A stretch of DNA of 64,000 bases from a virus: positions 1-64,000 of the IMG/VR virus record IMGVR_UViG_3300023196_003249. One strand, given 5' to 3'. The stretch's first letter is position 1; each line of letters starts with the position of its first letter. Under the pieces are notes generated by a model. That model was not told where the DNA came from. It searched no databases and saw only the letters and a program-made list of their open reading frames with translations. Position numbers and translations under genes: made by a program. Positions 20,024-28,023 of this stretch are shown here, one piece after another.

Positions 20024-20623
20024 ATGAGTACAGAAAATTTTAAAGGTGGTTTAGCCGATGGTAAATCGATTAAAGATATTGTAGCACACCATGGAAAAGA
20101 ATCTTGGGCTTCAATTCAATTTGAATCACTAGAAAAGATAGTGAATAGAAACCTAGAAAACGGTATTAAGGTTGAAAAAGAGCATACAGATAATGAAAGT
20201 GAAGCTAGAGAAATAGCAATGGACCATTTATGGGAAGACCCTAAGTACTACGATAAATTAGAAAAGATTGAAGAGTCTAAGAAACTTATCGCTAAATTAA
20301 TCAAAGAAGAAATCGACTTACTAATTACCGATGAAAGTCCAGATACTATTGAAGTGTTGGTGAAATATAATCAAAGAAACGCCGGGGTCATTCGTGTTAC
20401 ACCAGCCAACTCTGAAAACACTATGGAAATAGTAGGAGTTCAATTTAGAGAAGATTATGATAATTTATTCATAATCAAAGAAGCTATCCAAGCCCTATGG
20501 TATGAATTCAAAGAAATCAATACATTTATTGTAGCACCAAAATTAGAAAGTGTTCAATATTGGAACAAATTAGGATTCTCAAGAATCTCTCCAAATTATT
20601 TAATTTCAAATAGAGGACATTAA
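20024..20623 (+). CDS. hypothetical protein
   Basis: Conserved-looking N-terminal block GGLADGKS..VEKEHTDN..A.EIAMDHL. The C-terminus ends YWNKLGF, which resembles a GNAT tail, but no Q/RxxGxG motif is present. Confidence 0.5.
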   Translation: MSTENFKGGLADGKSIKDIVAHHGKESWASIQFESLEKIVNRNLENGIKVEKEHTDNESEAREIAMDHLWEDPKYYDKLEKIEESKKLIAKLIKEEIDLLITDESPDTIEVLVKYNQRNAGVIRVTPANSENTMEIVGVQFREDYDNLFIIKEAIQALWYEFKEINTFIVAPKLESVQYWNKLGFSRISPNYLISNRGH

Positions 20624-20673
20624 ATTTGTCTAATTAAATTTTTATACGTATCTTTGCTCAAAGAAAATAAGAT

Positions 20674-21192
20674 ATGTTAAAAGAAGTTCAAATTGCCAAT
20701 TATTACGCTACTAAAGCGCACGCATCCGTAAATCATACGTATGACGGAAAACCTTATTCATTCCATTTAAATATGGTGTATAACTTTGGGGTTAAATTTC
20801 AACACTTATTACCTGAAGATAAAGTTATTATTACACTATCCGCTTGTTGGACACATGACCTTATTGAGGACTGTAGACTTAGTTATAATGATATATCTAA
20901 AAAATTCGGAGTAATCGTTGCTGACATTACTTATAATCTAAGTAATAACAAAGGTAAGACTAGGGCTGAAAGAGCCAACAATGAATACTATCAATACATA
21001 TCTTTTTGTAGATACTCCACATTCGTTAAAATTTGCGACAGATTAGCTAATGCGACTCATTCAAAGAATAGTGGTAGTAGAATGTTTGAAATGTACAAAA
21101 AAGAAAATGAAAACTTTAGAAATAATTTATATACCTCAGAACTTCAAGAAATGTGGGATGAGTTAGATGATATTTTTGGAATAGAAAGATAA
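20674..21192 (+). CDS. RelA/SpoT-type HD-domain hydrolase (small alarmone hydrolase-like)
   Basis: KAH..H.YDGKPY.FHL, THDLIEDC and VKICDRLAN align with the SpoT/Mesh1 blocks AH.GQ.R..GEPY..HP, LHDvvEDT and VKLADRLHN. Confidence 0.7.
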   Translation: MLKEVQIANYYATKAHASVNHTYDGKPYSFHLNMVYNFGVKFQHLLPEDKVIITLSACWTHDLIEDCRLSYNDISKKFGVIVADITYNLSNNKGKTRAERANNEYYQYISFCRYSTFVKICDRLANATHSKNSGSRMFEMYKKENENFRNNLYTSELQEMWDELDDIFGIER

Positions 21193-21206
21193 TAAAACTA
21201 TATATT

Positions 21207-21578
21207 ATGAGCGATTACGAACACCAAAGAGGTAGGATGATTAAAGTTGAGGCAGAGCCTGGAACTACATTAGAAGAACAATGTCTAACAATATTTAAAG
21301 AAGCCGGAATAGAACCAGCAGATTATTTTGATACCATTGCTGAAGCATTGGTTGATGAGTTTTATAAAACATATGTGCATTTAGATGGTGAATTATATAA
21401 ATTCATTGAACTAGTCAATGAGGACCCATACGGTTCATTCGTTAATCTTGATGAGGATGCTTTTGGGATTTACACATTCAGTACTAGATATTATAATGGT
21501 GGGTGTGGTTTAAGTGAAATGTTAGAAGATGGTATAAAACGATTAAAAAGGGAAAATGAAACCAAAGGAAATAGCTAG
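21207..21578 (+). CDS. hypothetical protein
   Basis: ORF in the plus-strand island. Confidence 0.5.
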   Translation: MSDYEHQRGRMIKVEAEPGTTLEEQCLTIFKEAGIEPADYFDTIAEALVDEFYKTYVHLDGELYKFIELVNEDPYGSFVNLDEDAFGIYTFSTRYYNGGCGLSEMLEDGIKRLKRENETKGNS

Positions 21579-21771
21579 GAGGATTTATCATAAAGATACT
21601 TGCTACGGCATGTATGATGATAAAGACCCAACAGATAAAGAGTTGATAGAATACTTCACCACATGGATTGAAGATTACGCTCGTGAATTTCATGAAGAAC
21701 AATCAATTAAAGATGTTGAAATTAAAAAAGAAGAGGATGAAAATAAATTAAGATGGTGGAATAATGCTTAG
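21556..21771 (+). CDS. hypothetical protein
   Basis: ORF overlapping the previous one by 23 nt. Confidence 0.4.
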   Translation: MKPKEIARRIYHKDTCYGMYDDKDPTDKELIEYFTTWIEDYAREFHEEQSIKDVEIKKEEDENKLRWWNNA

Positions 21772-21938
21772 AAATATTTTAAAATGTCTATTTGGGTTAG
21801 ACATAGATAAAAAAAGGTAAATAATTTACCACCAATAGTGTTAACTCAAGAACAAATAGAACGATACACTAAAGAATTAGCATCAGATAAGTGGAAAGAG
21901 TGGAAACCTTCTAATGATAGATTTGATTGTTTTCGATA

Positions 21939-22121
21939 ATGAAAATTTATACACATTATAATATAGAAACTGGTGTAACTGAATATGTGGATGTACCACA
22001 AAATAGGGTAGATGCGGTTAATTATTGGATGGAAAATGTTAAATCGGACAACTTACCTTTAGATAAGGTAATAGAAACATTTAATAAATGGTACGCAAGT
22101 GTTATGGGATTAAAGTCCTAG
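21939..22121 (+). CDS. hypothetical protein
   Basis: Start set to the ATG at 21939, because the TAgaTTTG box at 21918-21925 lies inside the TTG-started track ORF. Confidence 0.4.
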   Translation: MKIYTHYNIETGVTEYVDVPQNRVDAVNYWMENVKSDNLPLDKVIETFNKWYASVMGLKS

Positions 22122-22523
22122 ATACTCGTGACTAAAACATACTCGCTTACTATCAAAGTAATGATTCTTAAAGATATTGTCAATGGCAATATCTTTTCTT
22201 AGTCTACGATTCTTTGTAGTTGGCTTCCATAACTCTGAATGCTCTCTATGAAAACCCATTCTAGGATGTGCAGTTCTAGAATAATACCTATACCCATCAT
22301 CTACGTGCATTTGCGCTATCATATCTGAAAATGCAACACCTATACCCATTCCCTGGAAATCGGGCAGTACAACCGTCCTATGACCCCTCCACGCATTCTT
22401 TACTAATCCATTAGGCATAGCAATACTAGCCCCAAAACAAACTACTCGGTCATCCCATACACCAACCCAACATCTAGAACCTCTAGATATCTTGCCACTT
22501 AAATAGTGATGACTTTTAAACAT
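22110..22523 (-). CDS. GNAT-family N-acetyltransferase domain protein
   Basis: VVLPDFQGMGIGVAFSD is the acetyl-CoA-binding motif Q/RxxGxG/A. The frame is open 24 codons upstream of its ATG. Confidence 0.65.
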   Translation of the reverse strand: MFKSHHYLSGKISRGSRCWVGVWDDRVVCFGASIAMPNGLVKNAWRGHRTVVLPDFQGMGIGVAFSDMIAQMHVDDGYRYYSRTAHPRMGFHREHSELWKPTTKNRRLRKDIAIDNIFKNHYFDSKRVCFSHEYLGL

Positions 22524-23185
22524 TGACCAGATACTGTAGTTTGCTCGATATATTTCGAGATTGATATCTGGTCGTTTGTAAAATCCCCATCATAGACTTC
22601 ACCGTTATTGGTATTTACCACCCAATCAGGCTCAAGCCAATCCAAAACATCCTCATGACAAGTGGAAATTACAACATTCTTAATGTTATTCCTTTTTATA
22701 TACTTGGATAACGCCATTGAAGACGCTTTAGCGACATTCCTATCCACTACTGAACTAAATTCATCTACTACCGCCCCAGAATAAATAGAACGACTTAAAT
22801 CGGCTCTAAATCGTTCTCCATTGGATAATACATCATAAGACTTATACCAACTAGGTATAGAATTCAATCCAACGGCAGATAATTTATTAATTCCATCGTC
22901 AGGACTATCGAAATGTGATATGATTGATTTGTTATTATCCCAAACTTGGACACTTGGACACCCAAATTGTCCAAGCAAGGTAGTTTTACCACTCCCGGAA
23001 GTGCCATATATTACACCTATGTTGTAATCTTTAGGTATTTTGGTGGGTTTTTCCCATGGAAAGAAGGTTGAGGTGCCATTAAATGCACAATCGAATGCTT
23101 TTTCACTAGCTTTGATGTATTCATCGTGAACCACTGTAGAAGTTAGTGGAATGTCACTCTTTTTTAATTGTTCAATTATATTCAT
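22499..23185 (-). CDS. ABC-like P-loop ATPase
   Basis: Walker A GTSGSGKTT, signature-like LSNGERFR and Walker B AVVDEFS. Confidence 0.7.
   Translation of the reverse strand: MNIIEQLKKSDIPLTSTVVHDEYIKASEKAFDCAFNGTSTFFPWEKPTKIPKDYNIGVIYGTSGSGKTTLLGQFGCPSVQVWDNNKSIISHFDSPDDGINKLSAVGLNSIPSWYKSYDVLSNGERFRADLSRSIYSGAVVDEFSSVVDRNVAKASSMALSKYIKRNNIKNVVISTCHEDVLDWLEPDWVVNTNNGEVYDGDFTNDQISISKYIEQTTVSGQCLKVITI
22580..22588 (-). promoter_or_regulatory. possible -1 junction (GGGGATTTT) between the ATPase and GNAT frames
   Basis: The GNAT frame opens at a TGA just upstream of this point. One extra base here would fuse the two ORFs. Confidence 0.3.
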
Positions 23186-23219
23186 ACCAAAATATAAAGA
23201 TAATAAAAGAAATGTAAAT

Positions 23220-23245
23220 AAAAAAAGACTAACTTTCGTTAGTCT
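23220..23245 (-). terminator. hairpin AGACTAAC-tttc-GTTAGTCT with T7 on minus strand
   Basis: Immediately after the stop of 23260..23475. Confidence 0.65.
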
Positions 23246-23259
23246 TTATAATTTTATTA

Positions 23260-23475
23260 CTAATATATATCTTCCCATCCATCTACACCACCTGAAACGT
23301 TCCTACTATTTTGTGTACGCTGAATCTCACTATCAATATACTGTTTTATTAGTTTTGAATATATTTTATCATGCGCTTCTGGTCCATATTCATCATACCC
23401 ACTACCGTTATCACCCCTCCTATTAATCTTGACACCATTTGAAAATTCAAAATCATAATGAGGGTCTCCAGCCAT
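23260..23475 (-). CDS. hypothetical protein; frame open upstream to the A10 run of the preceding gene
   Basis: The 24 codons upstream of the ATG (KKKLIRENNGSEIVKIIKVTPRGG) contain no stop and end at 23547. Confidence 0.45.
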   Translation of the reverse strand: MAGDPHYDFEFSNGVKINRRGDNGSGYDEYGPEAHDKIYSKLIKQYIDSEIQRTQNSRNVSGGVDGWEDIY

Positions 23476-23534
23476 ACCACCTCTGGGGGTAACTTTTATA
23501 ATTTTAACAATTTCTGAGCCATTATTTTCTCTAA

Positions 23535-23753
23535 TTAGCTTTTTTTTTTAACGTTAAGTACTCTTCCAGTTTTAACCAATTCAGCCAATTGACTTTCAGT
23601 GACAGTCACCTTTTTAGTTTTTTTAACCGCTGGTTTCTTTGTTAATTCACCCGCTTCTACTCTTTCTGCGATAGTTTTTTCAACTATGCTATGTATTAAG
23701 TCAACTAACTTCCCTTCAGCAATTGTAACTTTTTTGATTTTTTTATCTGCCAT
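23535..23753 (-). CDS. small basic protein with two KK.KKVT(I/V).E..L..L repeats
   Basis: Internal duplication KKIKKVTIAEGKLVDLI / KKTKKVTVTESQLAELV. Confidence 0.5.
   Translation of the reverse strand: MADKKIKKVTIAEGKLVDLIHSIVEKTIAERVEAGELTKKPAVKKTKKVTVTESQLAELVKTGRVLNVKKKS
23540..23549 (-). promoter_or_regulatory. candidate -1 recoding site: A10 run containing in-frame A_AAA_AAA
   Basis: Minus strand reads GTT AAA AAA AAA AGC TAA. The -1 frame runs into ORF 23260..23475. Confidence 0.4.
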
Positions 23754-23783
23754 TTTATTGTTATTTAAGAATATATTTTTATT

Positions 23784-23798
23784 TATATTAATAAATAT
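23784..23798 (-). promoter_or_regulatory. late-like promoter motif ATATTTATTAATATA
   Basis: 30 nt upstream of the ATG at 23753. Confidence 0.3.
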
Positions 23799-23825
23799 GT
23801 CAAAATAGAGTAAAAAACTTTAAAA

Positions 23826-24620
23826 TTACCCACCATTACATAATTTATCCGCTCCAGATGAAGCAGCGTAAGCGTCTTTTCCTTTACAATTATCAAAATG
23901 CCATCGCTTACCATTACCCTTATCAACCATTTTATTACAATGAGGGCACTCAGTTTTTTCCATCTTAACTCCTTTATTCCAACTTGGTGGTAAATCAGAT
24001 TTACCTTTATTCCAAGGTGTACAACCTTTACTATGGTGTTCTTGATTTTTAAATCGTTCTTTTAACGTGTTAGATATATCTTTTTTTTGTTCCTCTGACA
24101 TAGGGCCTGTCGATAAACCTTTATTCCAAGCTTCTTGTACGCCTACCTTACCTTTATTCCAAGGCTCAACATTTTTTAAGTGGTGTTCTTGATTCTTATA
24201 TAGTTCCTTTAAAGTCTTTGATATTTGTTTCTTCTGTTTATCGGTAGCAATATAAGGGGCGGTATATCTAGATATTATTTCACCACTTACATATTTCTCT
24301 TTTAAAGTATTGGAAATTTTAACCTTTGATTCATCTGATAAAAGACCTGAAGATTGTCCACCAGTTTTTAAATTATAATTGGACCTATCTTTAACCCATT
24401 CTTCATTAACCAACCCCTTCTCAACTTCTAGTAGTTCGTCAAATGAATCATGATAACTTAATATTTCTCTTGTGAAATTTTCTTTACCATATTTCTTAAT
24501 CGCCCTCTTTAAAGCAACCCCACTACCAAGATACCCATCATCTATATTATTAGTGTGGTGGATACCAATGTAAGTTTTATTGTTAATTGTGTTTGTTGTT
24601 TTATATACAAAATATGTCAT
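23826..24620 (-). mobile_element. free-standing GIY-YIG homing endonuclease gene (Seg/I-TevI-like) with NUMOD3-like repeats and C-terminal zinc finger
   Basis: YFVYKTTN..NKTYIGIH and YLGSGVALKRAIKKYGKENF. Repeats ISNTLKE..KNQEHH.K...PWNKGK occur three times. CPHCNK..RWHFDNC. The last 15 aa duplicate the tail of the neighbouring gene. Confidence 0.85.
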
Positions 24621-24627
24621 AATATTA

Positions 24628-24642
24628 TTTATATATAAATAT
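24628..24642 (-). promoter_or_regulatory. late-like promoter motif ATATTTATATATAAA
   Basis: 7 nt upstream of the endonuclease ATG. Confidence 0.35.
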
Positions 24643-24676
24643 GCGGTAACCTGTGTAGAAGATAGATTATTTAAAT

Positions 24677-24702
24677 AAAAAACACCCTAATAGGGTGTTT
24701 TT
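24677..24702. terminator. bidirectional terminator A5-ACACCCT-aat-AGGGTGT-T5
   Basis: Perfect 7-bp stem flanked by A and T runs, between the DUF458-like gene and the endonuclease gene. Confidence 0.75.
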
Positions 24703-24711
24703 ATAATGTAA

Positions 24712-25242
24712 CTAACCGTTACACAGTCTGTCAGCTCCTGAACTTGCGGCATACGCAAACGGTTTTATTTTACAAGTGAATCCCATCGCTTTAATGTACC
24801 CAACACTTTGTTCTAAAGCAACGTTAGAACCCGCTTTAGGGTCTGGATTAACATCGGCATGAATTTCAAATTCAATCTCGTATAATTCAAGTAATGGTAA
24901 AATGTTATAACCAACATCAATAGATAATTGTACCTCTTTAAGCATTCTAGCTTGAATCTTCATAGGAGTTCTATCTAAGAATACTCCTGAGATTACTTTA
25001 GCACCTCTACCAATATAAGTCATTTTACCATATACCATACCCATAGGCTCTTTAACCTCACATAAAATTGCAGTTGCAAATTTGTAAGCTTTACCTTTCT
25101 TTTGTGAATCGGTACCAATACAGATTTTTACTTTGTTTCCTTTTTCTTGCTCGATTTCGATTAATTTTTCTAAATAATCGATTAATGGTTCGTTAATCAC
25201 TCCGTGGTCAACCCTCCTCCAAGTCATTTCATTTGCTTTCAT
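24712..25242 (-). CDS. DUF458/YkuK-like (RNase H-fold) protein
   Basis: ICIGTDSQ block, FEIHADVN and the C-terminal IKPFAYAASSGADR tail resemble the YkuK family (recalled from memory, not searched). Confidence 0.55.
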   Translation of the reverse strand: MKANEMTWRRVDHGVINEPLIDYLEKLIEIEQEKGNKVKICIGTDSQKKGKAYKFATAILCEVKEPMGMVYGKMTYIGRGAKVISGVFLDRTPMKIQARMLKEVQLSIDVGYNILPLLELYEIEFEIHADVNPDPKAGSNVALEQSVGYIKAMGFTCKIKPFAYAASSGADRLCNG

Positions 25243-25301
25243 TTTATTTTATTTTTATTTGTTAAAAACGTAAGCATAAAGAGGGTCTATGATTACATTT
25301 A

Positions 25302-26765
25302 TTATTCCGCAGTGTATTCCACTACGTCTACTCTAGGTAATAGGGTTTTAAGTTTTTTAATTGTTTCATCACTCACTAACCCCTTACTTACTGATAGTCT
25401 ACTTAACGAGCCTCCATTTGACATATCTAAATTTTTAATCTCATCTGGAATACTCTCTATTGCATTACCAACCAAATTTAACATAATCAATTTTTTAGAA
25501 AAACATAGACTTCTAGGTATTTCTTTTAATTTATTATGTGGAACGGCTAATAAACAAAGTTCTTTTAACTCTCCTACTGATTCATGCCATTCAGTTAACC
25601 CAACATCTTTTAAATATAAAGAAGTTAAATTTTTAAAATTACTAATATCTGGTAACTTAGCAATTTTTTCGTTAGACAAATTAATAGTACTAACTTCCGG
25701 GTCAATAACTTCGAATAAAATATCTCCAAATCCAAAGTTAACTAAATGCTTTACATACTTGTTATCAGTACTAACATTCTTACTAGCCCTGGCAAGTTTT
25801 ATTAATAAATCATAAAAGTATTCTTCAATACCCTCACTCTTATCTAATATCTTACCTCTTATGTCTTGTTCAGTACCATTACCCTTATGCATGGTTTGGT
25901 TACTCTCAAAATGAAACTGCCATAAACCATCTTCATACTCAGGGTGACCTTCACCATGAAAGAAGTTATTATTAACTATAATGTATAGTTGAGAACCAGT
26001 ACCGTATGAAGTCTCCTGCTTTCGGTAACTCTCAAAATAACTCCCAGAACTAGTCGTACACCAACTAGCAAATGGATTGAATATTTTACTAGAATCCAAA
26101 CTTAATGGAGTGAAAACTGTAAAATGCCTATCATGAAAAGGAATTGCAGCTTCACCAATAGAAACAAACCTCTTCATTTCCAACTCTAACGTTGACATAT
26201 CTTTCTCAATATAAGGGTCAACAGCATCAAATAACTGTGACAAATTCTTATACTGATTGATATCCGATGGGTCTTTAATTCTATTAACCGCAAAATTACT
26301 TTTACATAATTTTTTAAATACCTTCTTATACTTATTCTCTTCAAATAAAGTTAAGTATTGATTGGCTTGACCTAAATCTTCAGTAGCAAACCTTAATGCA
26401 TGCTCATTATCTCCATCACGCACATAACGATTAAAAACATTCAACATCCATTGAACGTGAATCTTATTATGTGTCGGGTCCGCATCTACCATTTCAGTAA
26501 ATACCTTCTCACTAACACCAATCCAACTGATAACACATCGATTACCACGATAAATAGGTAAACCCTTTTCATCAACTTGTACGGTGTACAAAGCAATTAC
26601 ATTTTCATGCGTTTTTTCAGGTAAACCATTCGCACTCGGTGTAGAGATTGCAATGTATTTATTATTCATTGCACCGCTAGTCATTAACGTAAAGTCTTCT
26701 TCAGTGAAAACGTTAAATTTTTGAGCTAAAAATGCTATTCTTTCTAGTGATTTCTTCTGTTCCAT
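25302..26765 (-). CDS. leucine-rich-repeat (LRR) protein with unknown N-terminal domain
   Basis: The C-terminal ~130 aa shows LxxLxLxxNxLxxIP periodicity (NLTSLYLKDVGLTEW, LKELCLLAVPHNKLKEIPRSL, LIMLNLVGNAIESIPDEIKNL). Confidence 0.7.
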   Translation of the reverse strand: MEQKKSLERIAFLAQKFNVFTEEDFTLMTSGAMNNKYIAISTPSANGLPEKTHENVIALYTVQVDEKGLPIYRGNRCVISWIGVSEKVFTEMVDADPTHNKIHVQWMLNVFNRYVRDGDNEHALRFATEDLGQANQYLTLFEENKYKKVFKKLCKSNFAVNRIKDPSDINQYKNLSQLFDAVDPYIEKDMSTLELEMKRFVSIGEAAIPFHDRHFTVFTPLSLDSSKIFNPFASWCTTSSGSYFESYRKQETSYGTGSQLYIIVNNNFFHGEGHPEYEDGLWQFHFESNQTMHKGNGTEQDIRGKILDKSEGIEEYFYDLLIKLARASKNVSTDNKYVKHLVNFGFGDILFEVIDPEVSTINLSNEKIAKLPDISNFKNLTSLYLKDVGLTEWHESVGELKELCLLAVPHNKLKEIPRSLCFSKKLIMLNLVGNAIESIPDEIKNLDMSNGGSLSRLSVSKGLVSDETIKKLKTLLPRVDVVEYTAE

Positions 26766-26833
26766 ATATCTTAAAATTATTTATAGAGCAAATATATAGA
26801 TAATAATTGAATTAAACAACTAAAAATATGAAT

Positions 26834-27163
26834 TTATTTGAATAAATTCATTATGTCTTGGTCTAAGTAGTGTTGGATAGTACTTTTGTGATAACCTAGG
26901 GTTGATAGAGTTTCCGAATTTCTAGTAATAATATCCATCAGAATTTCATTTACCATTCCATCTGAATTAAAACTATCCTGAACTTCCTGATAGTAATCTA
27001 AATATTCTAAATCTATTAAATCTTCAATTATAGCGTTGTACGTTATAATGCGTTCAATCTCCGTGTCATCCCAAAATGTTAAAGAACTCTTGTTGAAGTT
27101 ACGGGCCGCTTTAGTTAAGAACTTCGTTCCCGTTAAAGCTGTGTCGTTGTTTCTTACTCTCAC
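26834..27163 (-). CDS. hypothetical protein
   Basis: ORF with a GTG start in the track. Confidence 0.4.
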   Translation of the reverse strand: MRVRNNDTALTGTKFLTKAARNFNKSSLTFWDDTEIERIITYNAIIEDLIDLEYLDYYQEVQDSFNSDGMVNEILMDIITRNSETLSTLGYHKSTIQHYLDQDIMNLFK

Positions 27164-27299
27164 AATTATTAATGTTTATTAGTATTAATGTACTTACTAT
27201 AAATATCAATAACATCACGTTACATCTACCATACAAACAAAAAAAATCCTATAAGCTTGAATTTAGGCCAATAGGATTGATTATTCTTTGAAAATAAAA

Positions 27300-27623
27300 T
27301 TATTTCTTTTTCCTCATACCTATTTCTTCATCAAAATCATCCATAAACCACCCCTCAATCGAATCATTTATCTCAGTCTTACTAATACCATCATACTTGT
27401 TCGTCATATACTCAGCTAACGCCCTGGGTGTGATGAATGTACCATCTACTTTCTTCTTAACCAACGGAGTTTTGTAAAATTCATTACTAATCTCTTTAAC
27501 ACCACTAGCTGGCTCATAATCATCCTTTAAAAAACGATGCATCTGACCTCTTAACCTAACGTTAGCTTCGGTCTCACTTATCATGGTGGTAATCAATCTT
27601 AATTGATTCTCTGTTATTTTCAT
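27300..27623 (-). CDS. hypothetical protein with N-terminal ITENQL motif
   Basis: Start set to MKITENQL, 9 nt after the late-like motif. The track start is 27635. Confidence 0.5.
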   Translation of the reverse strand: MKITENQLRLITTMISETEANVRLRGQMHRFLKDDYEPASGVKEISNEFYKTPLVKKKVDGTFITPRALAEYMTNKYDGISKTEINDSIEGWFMDDFDEEIGMRKKK

Positions 27624-27632
27624 TATTTGACT

Positions 27633-27647
27633 CATACTAATAAATAT
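27633..27647 (-). promoter_or_regulatory. late-like promoter motif ATATTTATTAGTATG
   Basis: Overlaps the track ATG at 27635. Confidence 0.3.
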
Positions 27648-27659
27648 ACTCTTTAATTG

Positions 27660-27682
27660 AAAAAAGCCCCTAATTAGGAGCT
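27660..27682 (-). terminator. rho-independent terminator after thioredoxin
   Basis: Minus strand reads AGCTCCT-aatt-AGGGGCT + T6. Confidence 0.7.
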
Positions 27683-27688
27683 TTTAGT

Positions 27689-28000
27689 TTACTTTAAAGA
27701 ATTAATCTTATTCTGTAGCATAACCTCGGATTGTACTCCAATGGCTTTGTCTACTACTTGCCCATTCTTGAAAAATAATAAAGTCGGTATGTTTCTAATA
27801 CCATACTTAGTCGCTAAACTACTAACATCATCAATGTTAACCTTACCAATTGATACATCATTATTCTTCTCTGACAGATTATCAATAATAGGGATTAGCA
27901 TCTTACATGGTCCACACCAATCTGCCCAAAAATCCACAACTGTAATCTCATTCTCATTTAATACGCTACTAAAATTAGCGTCCGTAATCGTTTTTACCAT
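27689..28000 (-). CDS. trxA: thioredoxin
   Basis: FWADWCGPCKM active site. 103 aa, with IPTLLFFKNG. Confidence 0.9.
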   Translation of the reverse strand: MVKTITDANFSSVLNENEITVVDFWADWCGPCKMLIPIIDNLSEKNNDVSIGKVNIDDVSSLATKYGIRNIPTLLFFKNGQVVDKAIGVQSEVMLQNKINSLK

Positions 28001-28023
28001 AATTTAATTTAATTTATAATTTG

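Noticed and set aside
21556-21578. Overlap of 21207..21578 and 21556..21771 as another frameshift junction
   Set aside because: The downstream frame is open for only three codons upstream of its ATG, there is no slippery heptamer, and the shift would be +1. An ordinary overlapping gene pair is the better reading.
25204-25815. Plus-strand ORF 25204..25815 (203 aa)
   Set aside because: It is antisense to the LRR gene, has low-complexity Ser/Leu/Phe-rich sequence and no promoter box.
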